Shown here: piece after piece, positions 30,601 to 38,323 of the stretch
Layout of the letters: each line of letters starts with the position of its first letter
Position numbering within the stretch: the stretch's first letter is position 1
DNA from: Chrysochromulina tobinii
Lineage: Eukaryota
Length of the DNA: 38,696 nt
Assembly (NCBI GenBank): GCA_001275005.1
Contig: JWZX01003168.1
Location: 1-38,696, forward strand
Direction of reading: 5' to 3'
Made by a program: the position numbers and the translations under genes
The notes under the pieces: generated by a model
Told to the model about the DNA's origin: nothing
What the model saw: the letters and a program-made list of their open reading frames with translations, nothing else
Databases searched by the model: none

Positions 30601-30813
30601 ACCTCCCTGATCGACGCCGTCACGGTCGGCGCAGGAGCACACGTCGCCGCAGCCAAAGACCTCCGGCGCACATGCAACATCGACGACGATGACGTCTTTG
30701 GACTGCTCGACGAGGCGAGCCATGCGCTCGAGGGCCTCGCCGTGAGCGCGGACGCTGCCTTCACGGAGACGGCAGCGACCGAGCCGCAGGCCGAGTCCGA
30801 CGACGAACCGTGA
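24217..30813 (+). CDS. Retroelement ORF2: reverse transcriptase (with DUF4326-like insertion), RNase H and tyrosine recombinase in a single frame
   Basis: RT: LFDYKYFFH (D 26233), LAMGW (26371), YTDD (26578-26589). RNase H: GDAA (27667), LEL (27784), RAD (27862), DAASR (28051). Recombinase: APST...W, GWR (29899), K (30067), HSFR (30340-30351), RW, Y (30445). The true start is probably reached from ORF1. Confidence 0.9.
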   Translation: MRTAGRPSGRSAPTCTSAGSAMDDDWTAVPSLCWHDGISAIPLGVPASTSASPTPLCTRAFQWCHGAGTRSPMRTERSGGPTLSARYAKGRRAHNAAWNTIGCVHADTPATNSVAVVPGRIVHGVVMLLFPGASHAAATVAGRPLPCAHGATSESRKLITSAAEAIGDVLIDAGAARDAHAVRARSALAAILTRGDVSLAIVVTLVPPQVDISSEAVSAGYSWQRAAAAAGSPRHALACIAEQYLLRWVTASRDICIAGVRTGVAKAQPTARALDPNRLKSVDMDAATREEASALLCVADGLLEAAAREPHLADALLCWREKVTTARDFAPPAIVAAAGREPPASLASKPFKHRCTIPSTTPVPVQWKAPRWPVGVPAPATLLDTYTPTARAEVRAQLEAVARWNATRVGGTMAPRPVHRSWSDKARLPWFQGRVLWERDGKCALVDGRLPATRVRMHREAALWLLRDYPHRQLVSFLVHGVTLHDDLPLQTSIAANLLSFYDVRGGPDGVAEEMHGLKERGWYLSSAGLIATSAAVASTAAQKADTAAMAPVQPAAELTSLREARLMTSPARINPRGAVARKDLGPPRGVAELGHPRRETVTTDTGEIVTSVNEATSTERSVATGDDFWARPEIKPRPSDLVLNLLILRAMGNCLRPAFGGTAPAILLILFDYKYFFHSLAYMAGEVWKTGCAVPARAAPGVAHRKRYDVLAELVLAMGWTQASKVAQDFGNALMWLLLRALDKALAPHVAELREASKAFDSMWKGRLALQHDDYGTQARVVTALQYTDDSVKACLGATATVTTIVEFCRIIGPRFYAGPDAHEAARGTVTRSVVDEYGVALQAWRQLAPKGSVRAHGRDEPAPAHASTVPIGRGTAAGNPFPVTATQDATRVTTGFACFLASVPDTSARAVGALLNLQVAQGHDERLAGQLQAYADQLASRVRAGEHLALQCPGCRCPLQPGRCHATVFAAAIAQRCSIALEEAAGPPTDPVIAPPREALGLDLEAAKMHKWHLGGSGIWTGVGVSATFLVIWVPQAKAVRCLVEIADVLDGRCEVARYRSLHGALADLVLPTGGDWYRMQGMAVPLRSDQELGEGPNVLVRERPQLWKRLKAWQTLLANSPGSPMTATLPAAHSAVRTDIVTWDIGGDAAKDGVPKQGLGAWFYGVWWCAPLGDWPALADAHITCLELVEVGLGVVMTARWLAGAKRVRLRADAMAAFLTLRARRDDGSLARGAQAAELVAAHEVIMQQPEWKRLHDGRCEILTEQTFGESMLLHDAASRNNPELIRDVSAALGVVPKRIELSARARAYLQDVSNALLDTRRGAAQHAPMHAAALEHGAAGNGSGPRTPFSQAWPGAAASSARAMQQQMQADEGTVGAPRPCDEQLWLFILFYESYLLALDDEALAGLPSPPSSDYWDSPHSIDSYNNWEPPDLDPPDELSPGEWFPTGLHHAWSPGDDPYPDSPQGSGGDTGAVADAVDTGVTCAARDSHVPMHAAALEHGAAANGTGPRTPFAQAWPGAPACLLRAMQRQTGDGASDAFTAGAAQHARQAHAEGRRHGCAMAPAPALGAPSGAPDLTDRVLARRTNRRQAQSPPECDDDEHATAFSAALARCASGRARFRGPGADPVAPSRALVTARAVAPPLRAVEIARNALLTTAAAPAMPVAARRGAAELEESQRMLIERSIKDARCDEDGLGISGASDELLRGLLTAAMLAVEKRFAPSTRGQDRSYWRMWAEWCDSIGTPPLRTNSAANDGRIEHLHRREVALALGAFMTWAAEAEQRGYKTESMLNRLRGVARRHWAVTIRFVSLALVVQAAQGLVREHIDAHGADALRRRSKEPLETAEIFALLNLPKGTLVAHGSSCVVVGDNLEWQGVVVFINLYCTGGWRKEAIALGPKEVFGGRKLSLSEVTYRIGGTLHREPTVAILQQITWGDMCYINPVPCKNDPDNSKFGSSPVPSRYHATQPICLVRELAKYEIMRMRADPIASSRTPRKEMPLVLSPAGRSWAKADLGKFFDGLIRHVCSEERAKQLSVHSFRVWLACALLAAGATPEQIMLMVRWSSEAARKLYARLAMTTQCSLQAGAVDASFDSIRAHTLLDASAAAAVSDEARAAAEALQATTSLIDAVTVGAGAHVAAAKDLRRTCNIDDDDVFGLLDEASHALEGLAVSADAAFTETAATEPQAESDDEP
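28204..28824 (+). repeat. Two diverged copies of an approximately 42-codon motif in ORF2 (about 28204-28329 and 28696-28821)
   Basis: HAPMHAAALEHGAAGNGSGPRTPFSQAWPG versus HVPMHAAALEHGAAANGTGPRTPFAQAWPG. Confidence 0.95.
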
Positions 30814-31444
30814 GTCCCGCCCCGAAACGGGCTGTGACGCACGGTCACATAGCAGTGCGAGGCGAGCACTACGGTGCCAGCCCGAGCACGGATGCACGAA
30901 CGCACGGCCATCGCAGTGCGCGGCGAGCACCACGGTGCCTGCCCAGTAACCTCCGCTGCGGCGGAGGCAACCAGCAGACGGCGCGAAACCCACACGGGTC
31001 GCGGCAGTCGGCAGAGCACGGCAGAAGCAGTGCGGGGTATCACGCAGACGGCGCGGAACCTTCGGGTCGCGGCAGTCGGCTCAGCACGGCAGAGGCAGTG
31101 CGGGGTATCGTGCAGAGGCACGTACAGGAACGCCAGTGGCGTGACCAACCCACCCACCCGAGAGGGACATACCATAGGGAGGCGACAGATCTGCGCTCAG
31201 CCGCGAGGGACAGTAGCCAGAACGACCGAGATGATCGCCGAGATACACTATCTCGGAGTTTATCTCGGCGAGTTCTGGCGAAGTGCCCAGGGCACGAGAT
31301 GCAACCGAGGATCGGTCGGACCCAATTACCGAGTATGTCCCTATAGCATAGTAAGATGCTAATCCTGTGTACCTATCCACAGGTCACTATTCACAGAGCT
31401 TGAGCGCTCCAAACGAAACAACCATACCAGCCCCGCGGGGCTAA
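30814..31444 (+). other. Structured 3' non-coding region of the retroelement (tandem duplications and a hairpin array)
   Basis: Duplications at 30838/30901 and 30974/31044. Six ACGG(C/T)...GCAGT stems, several UNCG/GNRA-capped hairpins, and 10-11 bp perfect inverted repeats. Confidence 0.75.
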
Positions 31445-31583
31445 CCATAAATACCATATTCTGAACATGAACGCATCAGCCCTGCGAGGAAGGCGACCCA
31501 TTCCCACGCAGCAACACCGCTTTTCAGCTTTTCACGCGTCTTGGCGCGCAACGGTTGTGAATGTGCCTCAACTTTTGACGAAC

Positions 31584-33572
31584 ATGCCTGCAACCATGCG
31601 TCGGACCTGTTTCCGGTCAGCCAGCCCGGCGAGCCTACCGCCTGTGCTGCCACAGGTCACCACCGCCGCCCTGCAGGGTGCACTGCAGGCCAAAGAGAAA
31701 CGCGCCCGGGAGCAACGTGGCAAGGTGACAGATGCGGAAGAGGTAGAAGAGGCCACTTGGGCCGCGCCCAAGGAAATCACTCCAATCGAGACGTTGCTTC
31801 TCCTCCCGGAGAGCGCGGCGCGCGACGATACGCACGAGCTGGTCGTTAACAGGCATGTGCTCGCAGGCTGGGTCGAGCAAGAGTCGCCGTGCTGTGCTGC
31901 AGCAAGCCTCGCCTGCATGTTCAACGCCCTTCGGCGGCATGAAGCCAAAGATGGCAGCGCCATGAAGCCGGCGCCAGTGCTCGCAGCCTTTCGAGATTTA
32001 TTTCTGGGAGAGCTCGCCGACAAGCGTGTGATGACGGCACGTGCACTGAGCCTGCCGGAGGCGAGCGGCGCTGCCAGTCTTGGCGTGCTGCTGCGCTGCG
32101 TAGAGCATCGGCAGGCTCGAAAAGGGAAGCCGATCACGGGGCGCAAGGAGAGGGCGGTCAGCACGGCGGAGCTACGCACGACACTCCGGGAGGTGGTCCT
32201 CGAGGGCCCCGACCCTGCCGCGCGCGAGCTGCTACTCCCAGCCGAGCAACGGCCCTCAGAGAGCCATGAGGCGATGCTGTGGCAGCGCCTGCGCTCCTGC
32301 TACAATGTGAATGCTCCCGCCAATCTCACCGCGGTGGATGCGCCGTCTGCCGCCCCAGTGACGGATACTCCAGCGACGATAGACGCTGCAGCGGCGTTGC
32401 CAGTAGCCAGCACCAGCAGCGCACCCGCTGCCACGTCGGTGGCAACGGGCAGCAGCGGCAGCAGCGGCAGCAGCGGCAGCAGCGGCAGCAGCAGCGGCAG
32501 CAGCGGCAGCAGCAGCGGCAGCAGCGGCAGCAGCGGCAGCAGCGGCAGCTGCGGCAGCTGCAGCGGCAGCGGTAGCGGCAGTGGTGCCGCCGGTGGCCCG
32601 ACGGATGGCGTGAGAATGTACCTGCTCAAGCGCGCCCCGTTCGAAAAGTTCGGCGTGCGCGTGGGCTGTGGATACCCGAATGGACCCCCGCTCGTGACGG
32701 GTCTCTCCGGGGTCGCGACGCGCAGCAAGCTCAAAGTGGGCGACATCATCCAGCGAATGGATGGTAAGGAGGTTGCGAGCGCGGAGGCGGCGACTGTCGC
32801 CTTCGCCCGCGCGGGCACGAGTATCTCCTTGCATGTGCAGCGGCCAGAGGGCGGCGCAGACGCGCCGCTCGAGGGCCGCGCCGCAGAGGCCGACGCGGCC
32901 CTGATCAAGCTCCTCCACAGCCATGTCGGCTTCTGTAAGCTCACTTGCGACGCGCCGTCAACAGCGGCGATCGGCAATGCGCATCTGCTGCGCGCGAGCA
33001 CGGTGCTCAACGGCGAGACAGAGAAGTGCATGCGCGTCTACGGCAGCCGCTTCTGTGGAATCAACCGCGACGACGACGCGGTGCTGATCAGTGAGACCGA
33101 CTCGGCTGAGGCACAAGAGAGCCAATTCCACCGGCTCTGGACGGCTTTCATCAACGAGGATACGGCGCTCATCGCACACTTTTGGAACCATTACGCGCCC
33201 ATCTACGCGCTCCGAAAGTACCACGACCGGACCAGCGGCGAGATGCAACTAGAGCTGCTCACTGCGAAGCCGGCGCAGCGCCCGTCGCGCTGGATCACGT
33301 GGGAAGCGATGCGCGGATGGCTCCTGCAGTGGAATGGGTACGGCATCTTGAGGTTTGACCGGATCGAGGCGAGGCGAGGTGAGAGCCCGTGGCGCCAGGG
33401 CATGAAAGCTGCGCCTGGTGTGAGGACCCTTTGGGGCCCCAGCAGTGTGAGGACCCCGGACTCGGACTCGGACCGGCTCGACGGCCAGAGCGCTATTTTG
33501 GAGAGCCCGTGCCCGGCACCAGAAGTGGACCAGACGCCGGCCAGACGCCGGTCGGACGCCGAACTACGGTAG
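31584..33572 (+). CDS. Papain-fold (C39/BIVM-like) putative cysteine peptidase with an inserted Gly/Ser tract and PDZ domain
   Basis: EQESPCCAAASLA (Q..C), HFWNHY (His), LLTAKPAQRPSRWITW. PDZ-like KFGVRV...LKVGDIIQRMDG...ISLHVQR at 32610-32843. Alternative ATG at 31467. Confidence 0.6.
   Translation: MPATMRRTCFRSASPASLPPVLPQVTTAALQGALQAKEKRAREQRGKVTDAEEVEEATWAAPKEITPIETLLLLPESAARDDTHELVVNRHVLAGWVEQESPCCAAASLACMFNALRRHEAKDGSAMKPAPVLAAFRDLFLGELADKRVMTARALSLPEASGAASLGVLLRCVEHRQARKGKPITGRKERAVSTAELRTTLREVVLEGPDPAARELLLPAEQRPSESHEAMLWQRLRSCYNVNAPANLTAVDAPSAAPVTDTPATIDAAAALPVASTSSAPAATSVATGSSGSSGSSGSSGSSSGSSGSSSGSSGSSGSSGSCGSCSGSGSGSGAAGGPTDGVRMYLLKRAPFEKFGVRVGCGYPNGPPLVTGLSGVATRSKLKVGDIIQRMDGKEVASAEAATVAFARAGTSISLHVQRPEGGADAPLEGRAAEADAALIKLLHSHVGFCKLTCDAPSTAAIGNAHLLRASTVLNGETEKCMRVYGSRFCGINRDDDAVLISETDSAEAQESQFHRLWTAFINEDTALIAHFWNHYAPIYALRKYHDRTSGEMQLELLTAKPAQRPSRWITWEAMRGWLLQWNGYGILRFDRIEARRGESPWRQGMKAAPGVRTLWGPSSVRTPDSDSDRLDGQSAILESPCPAPEVDQTPARRRSDAELR
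32448..32583 (+). repeat. Coding (GGC AGC AGC)n microsatellite giving a Gly-Ser-Ser tract
   Basis: Directly visible tandem ggcagcagc units. Confidence 0.95.
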
Positions 33573-34150
33573 GAACTTGATGACGCCTGGCCGTAAAGAG
33601 CCTATTAGGCTTTAGAGACGTGGACAAGAGGGGACAGACGGCGCTCAGTAACGGATGCACAGAGCCTATGGCTGTGTCAAATCTCTATGACTATGTGTCA
33701 GTCGGCGTATGAGCGTGCGAGTGACACACGTGGTGCCAACGAACCGTGTCGTTAAGCTTTCAGCTTTCACCGGACGGGATGACGGAAACGTTTTGTGTAC
33801 ATGCCCGGCCGGCATTTCGATTTGTATCTTTCGGCACTCACACGTAACTCTGCACCCTGGCCCGCGCTCACCACCACCATGACGCGCTCACAGGGCACGG
33901 CCTCACGCCTCACGCACCTTTCCTGTACGCTCTCCCAGGCGCGATCCGGACAACGCTACCCCTCCCACGGCCTCGCAACGCGCTCGCACGCACGTGCCGC
34001 TCACACATCCTGCCTCGGACGCCGTCTCGGGCGGCCCAGCTGCGCCCTCTTCTTCGGGCCCGACACACACACGCACGCACGCAGCACGCGCGCGCCGCCG
34101 CGGCGGGTGCGCCCCAACCGCCGCCGTCCCAACCGCCGCGACGGCGGCGC

Positions 34151-35702
34151 TCAGCCGGTGTGTGCCATGCAGTTGGTATCCCAAGTGGTACCCGTCCACT
34201 TGGAGACAAACTGCTCCGCGATCGCAAACTCCTTGTACTCATCGCCCTCATTCTCGCCCGGAACGACGACGTTCGTCTCGGAGCACTTAGCTGTCACCAC
34301 GTCCGCGCCGAGCGACTCCTTATTGAGGATGACCTGGGTGCCCGAGCACTTATCGATCGTAACCGTCTGCACGAGCCCGAGTACCATCACCTTGCACGAG
34401 TTGCAGTTGACCAGCTCGATGCCCGCGACGACGGTGTCGAAGACGATGGACACCTTGTTGCACCCGTCGAGTGTGATCGCGTTGCACTTGCCCTTGACCG
34501 TGATGGTCGAGTCGAGGCACTTGTAGATGTACACGACCTGCTTGACCTCGGCGTCGATCGAGATGGACGAGTTCTTGACCTGGTTCTCGATCTCCCACTT
34601 CTTGCCTCCCACGCACTCGCATTTGGGCGGCTTGGTCGCCGCCGCCGTGGCGGCCTTCGGTGTCGACGGCACCGAGGGGACGGGGGCAGGCTTGGCCTTG
34701 CCATATTTGGACGGATCCCAATCCTCGCCCTTGGTTACCTTCTTGAGGCCGGATGTGACTGAGCCACCCTGGTTTATCTGCGCGAACAGCGCCGACGTCG
34801 CGTCGGCGCCGCCGGCTCCAGCCGATGCGGCTGGCGGCGGCGGAGGCGGCGGGGGAGGCGGCGGCGGCGGCGGAGGAGGGCCACCCGGGCCGCCGAGGGC
34901 GGGTGGCGCAAGCGGGGGCGGTGCGAGCGGGGGCGGCGCAGGCGCGGCCGCCTTGCCCGCGTCCTTGACGTCGATGCCCTTCGGGTTCCATTCGAGCCCA
35001 GTCTTGTGGAATTCCTTGACGAAGGCGGCGAGATCGGTGAAGATCGTCTTCACGGCCTTGGCGTACGTGATGTGGTTCTCGTCCTTGCCCTTGTAGGTTG
35101 TGAGGATTTTGGTCTGGCAGAAGGCGCCCGCCTCCCACATGTCGTTGATGTGCGGCACCGGCGTCTTCTCCACCATCACCCACCCAAGCGCAGGGATGGC
35201 CTCCGCCACGGCCTGCCGATGGTTGTAGTCCTCCGCGCGCCGGTCGGACGTCGCGGCGGACTGCACCTGCCCGAGCAGGTCGGAGGTCGCCTTGAGGACG
35301 TTGTTCTGGAAGGTCGCCGCGTCCGGCTTCTTGCACTTGGCGACGAGCACGAGCATGTCGCGCTGTGCCTGAAAGCATGCCTGCACCAGCTTCGCCTGGT
35401 TCAGCGTCTCAGGCATATTGATCGCGGAGGCCGCGTTGACGTAGGCGGCGACTGGCCCGGAGAGGAATGCATTGAAGGCATCCACCTGTTGCGCGCGCGC
35501 ACGCACAGTGAGCGGCACTCGTTGGTGGGCGCGCGGGATTTCGTGGCCGTCGTCGTCTCACCATCGGCGAAGGGCGCTCGTCCTCGACAGCAGCTGCGGC
35601 GACCAGCGGTGCCGCGGCGCCGGCGCCATGGAGCTCCATGGACTCAAGCTTGGTTGTCACGGTCTCGAGACGCTTGAGTAGGGCTTGGAATTTCTCGTCC
35701 AT
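34151..35702 (-). CDS. CAP: Adenylyl cyclase-associated protein (CAP/Srv2); exons 35702-35562 and 35485-34151
   Basis: LLKRLE N-terminal motif, helical domain ALGWV...FHKTGLEWN, poly-Pro, WH2 ALFAQINQGGSVTSGLKKV, CARP domain ending EFAIAEQF. GTGAGA...CAG intron of 76 nt. Confidence 0.95.
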
Positions 35703-35942
35703 GGTGCTTCGGCGCAAAGTGATTGACGCGCGGGCAATCGTAAGCTCCGATCGCGGCGACACCGTAAAGTTCGAAAGTCCGCAGAGCGCTGTGGTGGACA
35801 TCCGTCTCGCCGCCAAGGTCCTCTATCCGTTCAGTGCACTTATTGCGGAGAGAGTAGCTTCGCAAGACTCTATCTATAATACTTGTACATAGCTTTGCAA
35901 GCCATAGGAACCTAATAGATTTTCCAATCGATATCCTCGTCG

Positions 35943-37170
35943 ATGAAGCTCGCTTTGCGGTCGGCCGCCGCGCCACTGCGCGGCTACAGCTTGCTCGCGC
36001 CCGTGCTCCCCCTCCGCGGAGGAGCACAGTCTTCTCGCAAGCTGTCTTCCTCCGCCGAGACGGTCACGGTCTCGATCGCTGAGGCGCGCTCGAAGACAGC
36101 TGCGGCTCTGCGGAAAATTGGCTGGGACGACGAGGATGCTGCGTTGCAGGCGGAGATCATGACTGCGGCGGGTGCGCAGCTGGTTCTCTCGAGCTGCCGG
36201 CGCGTGCCCTCTCCTGCTGCCTCGCGTGCACGCTGCTCACCAGTAGAGCGCTGGCTATCGATCTCTCGTGCCCGCAGAGCTGTGTGGCAACAATCAGGGC
36301 CTCGTCAAAATGTACAACCCGGCGCTGATGGCGCCGTCGCCGGGCACATCGAAGCCGACCGTGGAGCGCGAGACGGCCACCTCCGCCGTGATCAACGCCA
36401 ACCAGTCTCCTGGCATGCTCGCCGCGGTCAGCGCCGCCGACCTCGCGCTCAAGAAGCTCAAGTCCCAGGGGGGACCGATCGCCATCGTGACCGCATACAA
36501 TACCAGCACGTCCTCAGGCCAGCTCGCCTTCTACGTCGAGCGGATGGCGAAGCAGGGCGTGATCGGCATCGCGCTTGCCAACTCGCCCGAGTTCGTCGCC
36601 GCCGCGCCGGGTGGCAAGCCAGTCTTCGGTACAAACCCGATCGCCTTTGGAATCCCACAGGCTCACGGGCCTCCTCAGACGTTCGATATGGCGACCTCTG
36701 CCATCGCCCTCTTCGGAGTGCTCACGTCCAAGGCGAAGGGCCAGCCGCTGCCCGAGGGCGTCGCGTACGGCAAGGACGGTAAGTGGACCGTCGATGCCGC
36801 CGAGGCCCTCGAAGGAGGCGCGATCGCTACGTTTGGTGGGCATAAGGGAGCAGGCCTCTCCCTCTGCGTCGAGCTGCTGGCGGGAGTGCTCTCGGGCGGC
36901 GCGGTGCTCGGCCAGGTTCCGTCCAAGAAGCTCGCCAAGAGCTGGGGCCACACGTTCATCGCCATCCAGCCGGATCTCCTAGTTGACGATTTTGAGGGCA
37001 AGGCGGCCTCGGTGCTCGCTGCCGTCAAGGCCTCTGGGCCGTCCATTCGGCTACCGGGTGAGTCGTCCGCCAAGACGGCCGCCCAGCGCAGCGCGGATGA
37101 TGCGTTGCCCATCCCGACAAAGATCTGGCAGTCCATCTGCCACACCGCCGAGCACGGGTTGCCCAAGTAG
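35943..37170 (+). CDS. Ldh_2 (type 2 malate/L-lactate dehydrogenase superfamily) oxidoreductase with a transit-peptide-like N-terminus; intron 36172-36277
   Basis: A GTGCGC...GCAG intron gives TAAE|LCGNNQG. Motifs GTNPIAF, DMATS, GGHKGAGL, RLPGE. Confidence 0.88.
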
Positions 37171-37582
37171 ATGAAGTCCATTCTGTCGCAACCGGGGCCT
37201 CAGGTCGCCGCGCACAGCCCATCGCTTGAGAAGTCGTGTGCGGTGTGGCGGAATTATGTGCGGCCACGCCATGTCTTGGCATCACTGATGTCGAAGTCGC
37301 GATGATTGTCTCGCTCGAGCGCCCCCGATTAATGATTAAATAGCAGGAATGGTAACAGAATGGTTCCAGATTAATGCGCATGCCATGCTCATGCACGGAA
37401 TCTCATAACAGCTCAACAGTTTTTCGTGGGACAACCAATGTCATAAATTTCAGCTCGCCCGTCTTGGTGACGTTTTGCGTATTGCACCGCGCGTTGCACG
37501 CGCAGCCCTGCACCGAATACGCCAGCAGCGGAGCCCGGCGCAGCTTGTCATGTCGGACCACGCTTGTCTGCTCGACTATGCG

Positions 37583-38191
37583 CTACGGTTCGACCTGTGC
37601 GATCATGTCGATCTCCACCGGCACTGCGCGAGTACAGCGCATCGAACGCACGCTGCGTGAGTCATGCGGCAAGACACTTGAAGGGTGGGGCTGGCATAGG
37701 ACGGGACACTCACCGCCGAGCGGGAGCGTCGTAACGCCGACTGCGACACGTGCATGCACGCCACGCTCCTCAAAGATCTCGCCGAGCAGGTTGCTGCAGC
37801 CGTTGAGCACCTTTGGCAGAGCAGTAACGCTGCTGTCTGCCACCGCAATGTATCCATTCACCTTGACGATCTTCTTGACCTTGTCCAGGTCGCCGATTGC
37901 GAGCTTGAGCGACGCAATCAGCTCGAGACCGACGATCTTTGCAAGCTCGGCGGCCTCGTCAACGGTGAACTCGGCACCCACGCGGCCCACGTGCACACTC
38001 TTCATGTCCTCCTTGAAGGGCAGATGCCCCGCGAGATACACCCATCCATCTTCGTTCGAGACGACGGCGAGCTTGTACGCGCCTGCTGGCTGCGGAAGCT
38101 CGGGAAGTGTGTAGCCAAGCTTCGCGATGCGCGCCTCGGTGTGCACGAAGCGAGCCGAGAGCGCGGCACTTTTTCTTAGTAAAGCCTGCAT
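37583..38191 (-). CDS. RidA/YjgF/YER057c superfamily protein; 90-nt intron at 37713-37624
   Basis: LGYTLP...GAY, VYLAGHLP, KIVKVNGY, NGCSNLL..IF...G.HARVAVG..LPLG|VPVEI. GTGAGT...GCAG intron. Confidence 0.9.
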   Translation of the reverse strand: MQALLRKSAALSARFVHTEARIAKLGYTLPELPQPAGAYKLAVVSNEDGWVYLAGHLPFKEDMKSVHVGRVGAEFTVDEAAELAKIVGLELIASLKLAIGDLDKVKKIVKVNGYIAVADSSVTALPKVLNGCSNLLGEIFEERGVHARVAVGVTTLPLGGECPVLCQPHPSSVLPHDSRSVRSMRCTRAVPVEIDMIAQVEP

Positions 38192-38323
38192 GGACAGTCG
38201 AAGGTTGTGTTACCTTCGGCGTAAGAGAAGAAACCTCGGCAGCTCGCGCAAAAAGCGAGCGAAGCCATTGACGAATCAAGACGAAACTGTTCGCGCGGAC
38301 TTAAGGGCGTACTCGTCGCGTCG

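Larger units (their letters stand above)
20197..31444 (+). mobile_element. Tyrosine-recombinase retrotransposon (DIRS order), about 11.2 kb, apparently full length; boundaries approximate
   Basis: Two long overlapping intronless ORFs encoding RT, RNase H and tyrosine recombinase motifs. Structured non-coding ends that are complementary to each other. Removing it leaves about 240 bp between two divergent host genes, like the other head-to-head spacers in the window. Confidence 0.88.

Noticed and set aside
30805..30835. Hammerhead ribozyme (tgag...cgaaac)
   Set aside because: No CUGANGA core and stem II does not pair.
30941..30975. Twister ribozyme (taacctccgc...gcggagg)
   Set aside because: A simple tetraloop hairpin with no P4/L4 pseudoknot elements.
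30839..31116. CRISPR array
   Set aside because: Repeats are short and irregular with no uniform unique spacers. No cas genes, and the context is eukaryotic.
20180..31470. LTR or split-direct-repeat structure, integrase, protease
   Set aside because: No long direct repeats between the ends and no DDE integrase or aspartic-protease motif seen by eye. A dot-plot is needed to confirm.
33418..33551. Short duplications gtgtgaggaccc x2 and ccagacgccgg x2
   Set aside because: Local slippage in a disordered protein tail.
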